Position numbers and translations under genes: made by a program. From Felis catus (Eukaryota), in assembly GCF_018350175.1 (NCBI RefSeq), contig NC_058368.1, forward strand, positions 146,446,001 to 146,510,000: DNA of 64,000 bases. The letters run 5' to 3'. Below the pieces are notes generated by a model. The model was not told where the DNA came from and did not search any database. It saw only the letters and a program-made list of their open reading frames with translations. Positions 51,101-62,453 of the stretch are shown one piece after another (within the stretch, counting starts at the first letter, position 1; every line of letters starts with the position of its first letter).

Positions 51101-51611
51101 AGCATGCATGGTATGATCTCACTTCTTGTATACTTATGAAGGGCTGTTTTGTGACCCAGTATGTGACCTATCTTGGAGGATGTTCCATTTGCACTCGAGA
51201 AGGAAGTATATTCTGTTGCTTTGGGATGCAGAGTTCTAAATATATCTGTCCAGTCCATCTGATCCAATGTATCATTCAGGACTCTTGTTTCTTTATTGAC
51301 CGTGTGTCTAGATGATCTGTCCATTTCTGTAAGTGGGGTGTTAAAGTCCCCTGCAATTACCACATTCTTATCAATAAGGTTGCTTATGTTTGTAATTGTT
51401 TTATATATTTGGGGGCTCCCATATTCGGCACATAGACATTTATAATTGTTAGTTCCTCTTGATGGATAGACCCTGTAATTATTATATAATGCCCTTCTTT
51501 ATCTCTTGTTACAGCCTTTAATTTAAAGTCTAGTTTGTCTGATATAAGTATGGCTACTCCAGCTTTCTTTTGACTTCCAGTAGCATGATAAATAGTTCTC
51601 CATCCCCTCAC
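48190..51611 (-). mobile_element. 5'-truncated LINE-1 (ORF2 pseudogene plus 3'UTR), related to 29925-35889
   Basis: TSD AAGAAAGCAGCATTT(A) at 48174-48189 and 51612-51627; 5' end corresponds to ~31965 of the full copy; several ORF2 fragments with frameshifts. Confidence 0.97.
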
Positions 51612-53029
51612 AAGAAAGCAGCATTTAAACACAATGTTAGTTAGGAATATGTATATGTGTAATACAACTCTCCTTTTTAAGGCAAAGAAATGATTAATGC
51701 ACAACATAGGATAGAATTATACCTTATGGGGAGGCAAAGAGAGAAGGTTCGAGAGTGGAGCATGTTGGGTGTAACCATATTGGTAATTTTGTCTTCCTAA
51801 GTAGTAGCACTGCAGGAGTCAGACTTACTATTATGCTTTATAATTTCTGTGTATTTATATGTTATACAAATATTATACACATCAAATATTAAATAAGATT
51901 TGTTTAAATAATTGAAAAAAAACCACTTTAAGACTGGAGAGAAAGGGGAAGACAGAAAATCAACCTGCCAGGACATTTTTGCCCCTGTGGTCAAAGACTA
52001 AACAAAAGAAAACCTTGAGGTTTTCTAATGGTAATCTAGACACCATTGATGCTGTGTGCCCTCCTGGTATAGTTTCCTAACCAAAGTGCTTCAGAGAAGT
52101 AGTCTTTGGTGTGCTTATTTTTTTTGTTTTAAAGAGTCTCTTTGAAGCAAAAATTTAATCTCCTCTTAAAGGGCTTTACTCTTCACTGAAGAGTTTCATT
52201 GCTATTTGTCCGACACGTGAGGAAAACAAGCAAATTGATTATGTAAATAGGTTGACAGCTTTATGAAACGCAGACTAGTGACCCTTGGAGCTCAGAGAAT
52301 CGATATTGTAAAACTTAGATGCTTTCTGACAACTTTTATATGGGCTTTGTTTATCTGCAGTGAATCCATATATATCGAATCAACATTAAATTGTATGCAA
52401 GAGAAAACATTGGTAATACTTTAGGGCTCAGCATACATTCTAGGTGTTGTAAATATTTACCCTGACAGTCATTAATTAGATATATAAGAGTTGTATGGTC
52501 CCTAAAACATTTTATTTTTTGTTGAAGTAAAATCCTTTGAAGGGGAAAGGATAGAATATAAACTTTATTGACCCAGTCTTCAGTAGTAACAGGCAGCAAC
52601 GGACCTCTGTCCCAAAGGCATTTGATTGAACACATACAGTCACCACTTACCTTGCCACAAGAGTAATATAGCAAACCAACAGAAGAAGAGTTTATATTTG
52701 AAGATCTCAAAGTACGCATTTTTGTATTTTCCACTACTTCAGAATGGATAGTACCATATGGCTTCCACATAAGTGGACCTGTTACTAATAAACTAGGACT
52801 GATGTGTAATTACGTTTTCAGTGATTCATCTGTGAAACACCCTGGGTTATTTTACATGGAAGCATCTGGTTCACATGTGTACAGTGGTTAGTCTGTGGTG
52901 ATTGACATCTGTATTCTTCTAATAAAGTCTTAGTTGCACAGATGTAAGCTGCTGCCCTCTTTTTTACATAGACAAAACCTGAATTTGAAAAATCCTTATC
53001 TTGACCCTGTATATGACATTTCAGTCTTC

Positions 53030-53077
53030 TGCATGTGCACGTGCGCGCGCGCACACACACACACAGACACACACACA
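53030..53077. repeat. Alternating purine-pyrimidine tract with (CG)n and (CA)n
   Basis: TGCATGTGCACGTGCGCGCGCGCACACACACACACA. Confidence 0.9.
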
Positions 53078-53659
53078 ATGCTGCACTGTGACTGGCATAT
53101 AATATAAACATTTCATGCATGTAGTATATCTCAATTGTTGAAACAGTTGTATGTAAACACCTCTATCTTTTTTTATGTTTGTTTAAAACATGACATCTGT
53201 TTTAGATTGTAAGCTCAAAGAGGGCAGTGATCATGACACTTTATTGTTATGCAGACAATGTCCAGTAAGCATAAGTCACTTGCAAATGCTTGCTAAGTAT
53301 TTGTGAGTCAAGAAGGTGACATTAATGACTTTAAGGAAAAATAGAACTTCTCATCTGCCTATAAACACCTTTTGTACTTCAGGAAATATTTGCTGGAAAT
53401 GACCCTACTTTTAATTTCACACATTATAATTAGGCAGGTAACACATAAAGCTACGTTGTTTTGAACAGAATTCATTTATTTTGTGTTAGAATAATTCTCT
53501 AGTGATGTGTGATAAGAGATTTTAAAGAGGCTGAATTCAAGGCAGGTTTCATGAAGGATGTAGCATTTTAGCTGAGCCTTGTAGGGTAGATAGAATTTGC
53601 ACATATAATAATGATGGAAAAGATACTTCAGGCAAAAGGAAAAAGGGAAAGAGGCATTG

Positions 53660-53880
53660 GTTCAGAGCATGGAGGCCAGCAGAACTGAGTTTAAGTCCTT
53701 CCTTAGCCACTTATAAATTGTGAGAACTTGGTTGAGTGGGTCATATATCTAAGGTTTTGGTTTCTCATTTGGAAAATAGAGACCATAACCAGACATAGGG
53801 TTATTGTGACAATTACATGAATAAGGAGTTAACATAGTACCTGGTGTCAGGAGAATATTTAATAAATGTTAGCTGTTAGT
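53660..53880 (+). mobile_element. MIR remnant
   Basis: GCCACTTATAAATTGTGAGAACTTGG...TTTCTCATTTGGAAAATAG...CATAGTACCTGG...AATAAATGTTAGC. Confidence 0.65.
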
Positions 53881-53937
53881 CTCAGTGACAGATGAACAAC
53901 CTGAATAGAGTTTAAACAGAATTTTGAATATTGAATT

Positions 53938-53940
<3 letters not shown>

Positions 53941-53986
<46 letters not shown>
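53941..53986. repeat. (AC)23 microsatellite
   Basis: Read directly. Confidence 0.95.
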
Positions 53987-53989
<3 letters not shown>

Positions 53990-55119
53990 AAACTTGGAGG
54001 ACAGCTCCACGCTATGTGTGAAGATCTAAAACTTCCAGTTAGAATTCTTATTTGCATCAAGAAAGTTCGGGATCCTCCTTTTAAAAAGGCATCTGTATCC
54101 ATTTTAAATTATTCTCTTCAATTGTATGTGTGGCAAAGTGACATCAGAGTATAGTCATTTATACCTGGATTAAAATATCAACATCACAGTGAATAAGGTA
54201 CTTTTCAATGAATGTGTTGTCTTTATCTTTGAATCCTTTTACTTATCTGCACACTAAGTTCAGAATCATTGTCAGCTCTGACTCTTCCCGAATCCTGTGA
54301 AGCACCCCTCTTTGCCTTATTTCCAAGTTAGTAATAACCATTTAATGTATAGGAGAGAGTTTGGCCCACACCTTGACAAACAGACACAAAACACTCCTGT
54401 AATGGGTCACTGACCTAACCTAATGTCCCCAAGAAAAGTGAACAAAAATCGTAGTGTATAGTGTGTATGAGGCCCACCTCTGATGTATAATATCAAAACT
54501 TTTTATTACTGGAAAGCAAGGGGTGCGGTAGTCTTCAGAGAGGAACCTAAAGAACGTCTGATCTTTTTTGTGTTTGGTAATACACAAATATTTTAGTGAG
54601 TACTCTCTTCACTTCCCAAGGTTTTAATCACTTTATTTCCCTGGTTTATATGGGTAGTTACTTTGGTTGTTGCTCCCATTAATTCTTTTATCTCTATATA
54701 GTACTTTAATGTACTACTTTAATGTACTTTTTCTATGGCAAAATTCACATAATTTCAAAATAGAATTTTCATTAAAAAGCTGATTTAATTTTCAGGTAGT
54801 TAAAAACATACATGCTAGCTACTCTCTTGGGCTTAAGCTGTACTTCTCCCTTTAGCATTCCTAAGAGTAGTAACTGTCAGGAACTATAGTGTTATATAGC
54901 AAACCATTTTCAATTAGAATTAAATAAAACTGTTACCTTAAGAACATTACCTAGAAGGAATATATTCAAGATGTTCATTGAAATGTGATTTACAATAGGT
55001 ATTTAAATTGTTTATAAATTTGGACTATGAACGGAAAGCCAGTTGTATTTTTAAGGTACCTCAGTGTAATGGAATAGACAATGAGGCCATTAAATAATGA
55101 GTATGGAGAGTCATAATTA

Positions 55120-55307
55120 TTTTTTAAGTTTATTTCTTTGGTTTGAGAGAGAGACAGAGAGCACAAGTGCAAATTGGGGGTGTGGGCAGAGAGAGAGGGA
55201 GAAAGAGAATCCTAAGCAGGCTCTGCCCTGTCAGTGAGCCCTGAGATCATGACCTGAGCCAAAATCAAGAGTCAGATGCTTAACCTGCTGAGCCACCCAG
55301 GTGCCCC
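55120..55307 (-). mobile_element. CanSINE with internal deletion, inside an old L1 3' relic
   Basis: ...GCTGAGCCACCCAGGTGCCCC; ATGGAG..ATAATTATT on both flanks. Confidence 0.88.
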
Positions 55308-56243
55308 ATGGAGCGATAATTATTGACACGGAAAAGTAATACCCCAAAAATTATTAAGAGAAATATGATATAAAATATTTTTATAGTATAATTATTTTTA
55401 GAAGACTGTATATGTGTATATTGTATATATATATAAATTAAAGTATATACACTAAAATATCAACAGGTGAAGGGACAGGATAATTTTTATTATATTTTTC
55501 TGAAGTTTTTGAAGTGTTTATAATGTGCATATACTACTTTATATACCAAAAAAATAAATATTTTTTGTTGCTGCTTGCATCCACTATATTAATTATAGGA
55601 ATTAGAATTTCTGAATTTGAAACCCAAGTCATCTTAAAAAGTCATTTGGGAAATTCATAATTTCATCTTACCAAATGTTTATTTTAAGTAGTAACTATTT
55701 CACTATAAGGAATATTTATTTGATGAAGATTCAACACCCAAAATAAGGAGAGGAGGTAATACAGAAAATTTAGATTCATAACTTTGGATGAAACCTAAAA
55801 GTCTTCTATCCTGAAAAGACAATACTGATATTTTGGACCTTCAGACATTCAGACATAGAGTTGCCTTTTTTAACCCCACCCCACCTAACTGTTGGATATT
55901 CGGATTGGGTTTGTCTAGGTGTCTAATAGCAATTATTGTTGTTTTAATGAAATTCCCATGAATTTAAATGTTTTCCTTAAGTATTCAGTCTTCTGATACA
56001 GCATTCAATTCCATTTCTTTATGAGAAAAGTTGCTTAAGGAAAGAAAACAGTTATGGCTGCTAGGAATAAGAATTGCATTTAATCATTAACAGCCAAGTA
56101 TCTCTTCAAGAGTTATGGGAAATTACCATGTAGTAATCAAATCGCATTTTTTGTGTAACATGTTTACATATAAATGCAAATACAGATAAGCCTTCTGTAA
56201 GGAGATGTGTTCCTGAAATCCAGATTTGAAACTTAAAATATTT

Positions 56244-56451
56244 TTTTTAATGTTTATTTATTTTTGAGACAGAGAGAGACAGAGCATGAGCACAGAGGGG
56301 GCAGAGAGAGAGGGAGACACAGAATGTGAAGCAGGCTCCAGGCTCTGAGCTATCAGCCCAGAGCCCGATGCAGGGCTTGAACTCACAAACTGTGAGATCA
56401 TGACCTGAGCCGACGTTGGACGCTTAACCGACTGAGCCACCCAGGCGCCCC
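56244..56451 (-). mobile_element. CanSINE with long TSD
   Basis: TGAAACTTAAAATATTTTT on both sides. Confidence 0.95.
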
Positions 56452-58248
56452 TGAAACTTAAAATATTTTTTAATCTTACAAATCAATACTTTTATGTATT
56501 TCATCACAGTATATTATACATAATTCTTTAAACTTTTTTGCTCACTAGACATTTTCAGAGTTTGGAGTTATGTTTTACTTATTCATCTCAGAGACTAGCA
56601 CAATGCCTTACAATGAGAAAATACTGATTGAAGTAAGAAATGTATAAAAAATGGATTTTTATAATTGTGTTGACTGTTCTCATGATTAATCCTTTCTAAT
56701 AGTTTGTTTATATAATAGGCTAAGTGGTCTTAGTGGAAAATCTGTTATTTGTAACATTTCTAAAAATTGTGTCCTGAGTTTAAGTTTAAAAACAAACTTT
56801 AAAAAAAAACAACTCTTAGTTGCAAATGTCCTGTATGTGCTTAAACCATGCATAGATAACTGTAGTTCCTGCCTTCCAGAAACTTGTAATCTTACAAATA
56901 GGGTTTTTACTTGCTCTTTCTAGTCACTTCCAAATTTCTTAGTTACAGAAAACTGTCCAGTGATAAAATAGGAAGTATCAAACATCTTTTTTCTTTTACA
57001 GTATGACAAATAGCCTATTTTTACAGCAACGATAAAAGAATGCATTGTAGACAGCATTTTAAATGAATTAATTTAAAATTTTCTGTTTACCAAACCACAG
57101 AAGCCCAATAACATTTTGAGGAGAATTGGGGGGTTATATATATTTTAAGGGAAATCATGATCAGACTGTAGAATCTAGCTGAATGTTTTCCATGCATGTT
57201 TGTAGCCTGTTCAATTTTCATGCTTATATTTTGGGGCTGCATGTGAATTTATGGATGACAGCTTTCCTAATTCCAAACAAGTGTTAGAATTTCTTGGTTC
57301 AACATTTAAAATTCTGTTTGTGGTTTCTGGTATATGAAATCTGATTCTCCTTCTTCATTGCTTATCTGTGGTGAGATTGATGGTGATAACTCCCTATTGC
57401 TAACAGGGGTCACATTTCTTCTCAGAATAAAGGATGTATAGGACTGAAGATTTTATTTTATCTTTGAATTTTACTTACATTTTTTAAGGAAACTATGATT
57501 GCTTATTTCTCAATAGCCAGATAGAAAAGGTTTAGATTGTCTTAAATTCCTAAAGCTTAAGTAATAATAATAATAACAGCAACAACAACAATGACAACTT
57601 AATGAAAGTTAACAGAAAATTCAAGAAACTATAGTGTCTTCAAGTAGTTGTTATATAGTTCTGAGTATGTGTTCACTTAGAAGTTGCCCAGCATTTGCTA
57701 GGGAGGCTTTTAGCCATGAAGATTGAATCATCATTAATTTAACCACAACTTTCTCTTCCCAAACATTCCAGTAAAGTGGAATAGAACTACACTAGTGGCA
57801 TTATGAACGTGTAAGCAGATAGATTTATAAACAGCCAAAACTACTTGGAAAAAAATAAATAATTTAAGTTACTTCATAATGGAAAATAAGCTAGCTACTA
57901 GCCAGCAGTAGTTGTCAGGAATTAAAATTTCCTTGTTGAACCTGTAAATGAGGTTTGAAGTGATTTTATGTGGCGGGATTTCTAAAACATCAATATCAGT
58001 ACCATTGTCCTCTGGAATGGTTTTTATTCTCTGTAAATTATATATGAATGTAGCTATAGCTTTTTCATACTCAACTCAAAGAGAAAAAAGGCAGATGTAC
58101 TCAATAAGACACTTTTTAGTCAGTTTCAGCACACATAGTTCATTATAGGAACTGCGCCAAATTCTGAATGAAACACTTATTCTAAATCATAGTTCCTGTT
58201 CTTCATTTGGTTACAATGTAAGTGACAAAGATGTATAGAATTAAAGTC

Positions 58249-58972
58249 TGTGGTTGATACTTCTTCCATTGAGAGGTAGTTTCTATGGCTCCTCCCCTTC
58301 AATCTGGGTGGGCTTTTAACTCATTTGTAACAGCAAAATGCAGGAAAAGTGATGTTAGGTAATTTCCAGAGACTAGGTCAGAAAAGGCAACCTTGTGCCC
58401 TTTTTTTTTTTTTTTTTTTTTGCTCTTTAGGGTTTGTTTATTTATTTATTTTGAGAGAGGGAAGACAGCACGAGTAGGGGAGAGGCAGAGAGCAAGAAGA
58501 GAGCATCCTAAACAGGCTCCACACAGTCAATGTGGAGCTGGTGCGAGTCTTGAACTCATGAAACTGTGAGATCACCACCTGAGCAGAAACCAAGAGTCAG
58601 GCACTTAGCCGCCTTGGGCCCCTAAACATTTTTAAATGAAGGCTGAGTACTCCAGGCTGCCATTCTGGAAGGCAAGAGTGAGGAAGCCAAGACACTGAAG
58701 ACTCTCCAGTAGCCAGTGCTAATCTTTGAGGACTCCTAGTCCAAACACCAGATACGACTAACTGAGCTTTCAGAGGATTCTAGTTCCCGGTCAATAGGTC
58801 AGCCCAGTTCTCCAGTAGTTCTGGCTAATGCCCTGTGGCTGTGGCACAAAAACAAGCCACCCTGCACTGTGCCCTGTCCAGATTCCTGATTTATAGAAGG
58901 TATGAGCAGAATACAGTGGTTATTGTTTGGGGTTGCTAAGTGTAGGGTGGTTTGTTACAGAGCGATAACTGA
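58249..58972 (+). mobile_element. MaLR solo LTR (MLT1F/H-like) interrupted by a SINE
   Basis: CTTCCATTGAGAGGTAG...GACTAGGTCAGAAAAGGC...GCCCTGTCCAGATTCCTGA...GTGGTTTGTTACAG. Confidence 0.65.
58401..58611 (-). mobile_element. CanSINE lacking its first ~20 nt
   Basis: Long poly(T); body stops at GCACTTAGCCG; CCTTG(T/G)GCCC on both flanks. Confidence 0.85.
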
Positions 58973-61259
58973 CTTGATTTAGGATACACTATGTGAGAAT
59001 AGGAGATAATTAGTTTCTCTACCTAGGAAAATATAGAAGGCTTCCCAGGAGCAGTGACATCTGAAATTGGCCTTTAATGATGAGTAGGAGACTGCTAAGT
59101 AAAGAAGGTAGGAGAAAGGGACCTCAAACTGAGGGAAATATGTGGAAAAGTATGGTGGCGAAAGAATGGTGTGTTTGGTGGATGAAAAGAAGTTTAGTGT
59201 AGAAGAGCATCAGAGAGTTAGAGCTGGAAAAGAAGCCAGGCATCTAGAATTTATGCAGAGATGTCCTTCTTTGGTGCTTTTTTTTTTTCTTTTTGCTATG
59301 CCAAGGGAGTTTCAGCTACAGCATTGTAGGAGTGGAAGATAATAATCAGACTTGTGTCATAGATAACTAATTAGCAACAGTTGGAAGGTTGGCTGAAGGA
59401 GAAAAATGAAAAGGCAAAGAGGAAAAATATATAGTTCAGATGGCACACAATCAAGGCTGAGATAGATAGCTTTCTTATAGTAGCTGAATAAGATCAGTTA
59501 GGTGATAGTGGATGTTTGAATTGTGAATAGATTATTTACTAAATTTTTCTGTTCAAGGCTTAATTAAATGCTACAGCCAGTCCTGCTTTTTGGCAAATCC
59601 GACCAATGCCTTTACAAAACATTTGACTGAATTAAATGTGTTAGTGATATTTCTGAGTGCTTTGTGAAAACTTCCTCCACTATGCATTTTGGAGAATTAT
59701 TATTAAATAATGCTATTTTTATATTTTTCTTAAGGCATCGATTACACTGGGACATTCAAAAACAAATGAGACCGAATTGCATCATTTAATGCATTAATAG
59801 GACCATTTGTCATACTTACTCTGCTTCCCTGAAATAAACATTATGAAAAGAAATCTTGAAAAAAATGGTAATTTATGTAGTCATAAAGATGCTAAAATGA
59901 GAAAATGTATACAATTCATTTAGTAAATATAATTATGTAAATGTAAAACACAACTGTAGTCAACAGCTTTGTGTGTGGATTTGATTGACTTTTAAATAAC
60001 ATTTGCATTTATTCCATGTATTTTTAATGTGATAAATAAAAGTTTAGTGACATTTGAACTTCTGCTGGAATCATAACACCATTCATGTAATAAATTTTTC
60101 TGGGGTCAAAGGGCAGGTAGGTCTTTCTTCGGTCACTTTGAGTCTGTAGACTGCATCCTACATGCTTTGTACTGCCTTATCTACACAGGGAATTGCTACC
60201 AATTGTGGGAGACAGTTGTCTTTAAAACACCCTGCCTTCCTATACAACTTGGTTTTACTATGCAGTTTGGTTATTTTTTAAAACATCTGAAAAGTTTAAT
60301 CTTTTTAATTCAAAATCAAAATCCACATAATTTTGTAGATTTTTTGCATCTGCCTTCTTCCAGTGCTCTGATTCCTTTCTGACATGTTTCTGTAAACAGA
60401 CATCTCCCAGATTTTGATCACTGACTCTCTACATTTCACCCAAAGTACCAAGTTGAATTAATATACCTGGTGAAGAAGTGGTTTTTTGGTTGTTTATATC
60501 ACTCATCAGTTATTATGGTACTCTGATCATTTTGTATAAAAGTTATGATGTTAGTGATGTTACAAAAAGAGTCTGACTTTTTTAAAAAGTCTGACTGCAT
60601 AATCATCCTTAGTCACTTATTCCATGAAAAGTCTAGGAAAACATTCAGGAAGAATTTGGAGCACACTGATAATCATTAAATCCAAAGGGAAGGAGATAGG
60701 TAAGCCATAGATAGCATAGGATGGCACTGATGATGTTTGCTGCTTTGTGAGTAAAGGAATTAATTACACCGGATAATTTTAAGAACACTAAGAATGAAGC
60801 CCACTAGCAAGGATTAATATAATGGAGAAATCTGTTAATTAAAATAGAAATTGAGCTCTCTTACTATAAAACAAAGGACAGTGGAGCTTTCAACAGAAAA
60901 AAAATAGAGAAAGGCAGGAGAAGGAAAAGCCTAATGAAGCAGAGCATTTATTTATCAGGAAAATACATTCTTATTTTTTTGCAGGCAAAAAAAAAAAAAA
61001 AAGAAAAAGAAAAAAGAAAAAGAAATCAAGCATTTCCCAGAAGAGAAAAAGTGTGTTATAAATGTTAGAAATGGGGTTTACTGGCAGTTATGCTAATTAA
61101 GGATCAAAACTAGATTATGGTTAGGACAGAATGAGTCCATACATCAGTACATAATTGGTTAAAAAAAAAAAAGTCCCATTGTTTATTGGTCCAGATGTTT
61201 GAGCAATTGGTTAGGTTCATTTTGGGACTGGTGTGCTGAGGTCACTCAAAATTCGTGGT

Positions 61260-61440
61260 CAGGACAAACTACAGTAATTTGCAGGCTCAGTGCAAATAAA
61301 AATGCAGAGCCCCTTTGTTCAAAATTTAACAATTTCAAGATAGTAATAGCAGGACATTAAGTCAGGGATGAAGACCATCTATACCAGTGGCCTTGTGTGA
61401 CTGACAGCACATGTCACATTCCCATGAGGGTGGCATTTCT
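61260..61440 (-). mobile_element. MER91-like hAT-Tip100 element
   Basis: CAGTGCAAATAAAAATGCAGAGCCCCTTTGTTCAAAA...TTTCAAGAT...GTGTGACTG...GTCACA..CCCATGA. Confidence 0.65.
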
Positions 61441-61941
61441 GTGGTTCTTTAACAGCCTTCCTCTTTAGAACTGTCATAATAAAACACAGTACTGTAGACA
61501 AGTCTCTAAACACAGCCCAGACAAAGGCTACTGTAAGTATAATTTCAGGGGAGCTCAGCAGCTCAGTGCTGCTTCTGCCTTAGATTGTTTGTATGCTCAC
61601 CTTTGTATCCTAAGCATGTAGCACAGTCTCATGAGTTTCTGACCCATGGTAAGCACTTAATAAATAGTGGATGGGTAGGTGATGGATAATAGTAGTTGCC
61701 AGCCCTTCTCAGGGAATCTGGTTCCATTTATCTCTGGATAAGAGGACACAATGTGGGTTGCTTGGAGTTTTAGTTCACATTACTCACACCTTGCAGATGC
61801 CTCCTCCAGCCAGGTTGAGGGTTTCCTTTAGCTCTGGGCCTTGCATGTCTGCTTACAAAACGTGTTTGTCTATTCAGTTATTCTGAAACATAGTTAAGCT
61901 AACAGATTAGAATAACACTTGAGCCCTAACCAAGTTAAGGC

Positions 61942-62453
61942 TGGAGTAGGCAGAAGAATGGCCACCCCCTTTCAAAGATGTCTATGTCTTAATTCCTGGA
62001 ACCTGAGCCTATGTTAGATCACATGGCAAAGGGGATGCAGATGAATTAAAGTTGTTAATCAGCTGACCTTTAAAGTAGCTAAATATCCTGGATTATCCGG
62101 GCAGGCCCAGTGCATCACCAGGCTCTTAAATGGGAGTGACAGAGAAGAGAGGCAGAGAAAGAAATGTGATGAAGGAAGCAAGGTCAGAGTGATGTGCTGT
62201 GAAACGGGGTCCTTCTGTCCTTGCTGGGTTTAAAGATGGAGGAAGGCGGTAGCTCTGGAACCTGGAAAAGGTAAGGAAATAAATTATCTGCTAGGGCCTC
62301 CAGAGAAGAACACAGCTCTGCCAACACCATGATTTTAGTCCAGTGAAATCTGGGTCAGACAGCAGATCTCCAGAACTGTAAAAGAATGAATTTGTGTTGT
62401 TTTAAGCCATTACGTTATGGTAATTTGTTACAGCAGCAGCAGGAAACTCAAAC
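61942..62453 (+). mobile_element. MaLR solo LTR (MLT1D-like)
   Basis: GGCAGAAGAATGGCC...AAAGATGTCTATGTCTTAATTCCTGGAACCTG...TCAGCTGACCTT...TTTAAGCCA...CAGCAGCAGGAAACTCAAACA. Confidence 0.85.

Larger units (their letters stand above)
47260..51920 (+). mobile_element. Ancient L1ME-like relic serving as target for a SINE and the young L1
   Basis: Degenerate sense ORF2/3' text at 47260-47460, 47690-48170 and 51630-51920 (e.g. TACAGACCAATCTTATTCCTGAACATAG, TGTTCATAGCAGTGTTGTTTG). Confidence 0.55.

Noticed and set aside
29914..51627. Both L1 TSDs begin AAGAAAGCA on the + strand
   Set aside because: The elements are in opposite orientation, so the first-strand nicks fall at opposite ends of the motif; most likely coincidence in A-rich targets
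821..56440. Recurrent short ORFs with similar peptides (e.g. AQSVKRPTSAQVMIS)
   Set aside because: These are translations of CanSINE copies, not a gene family
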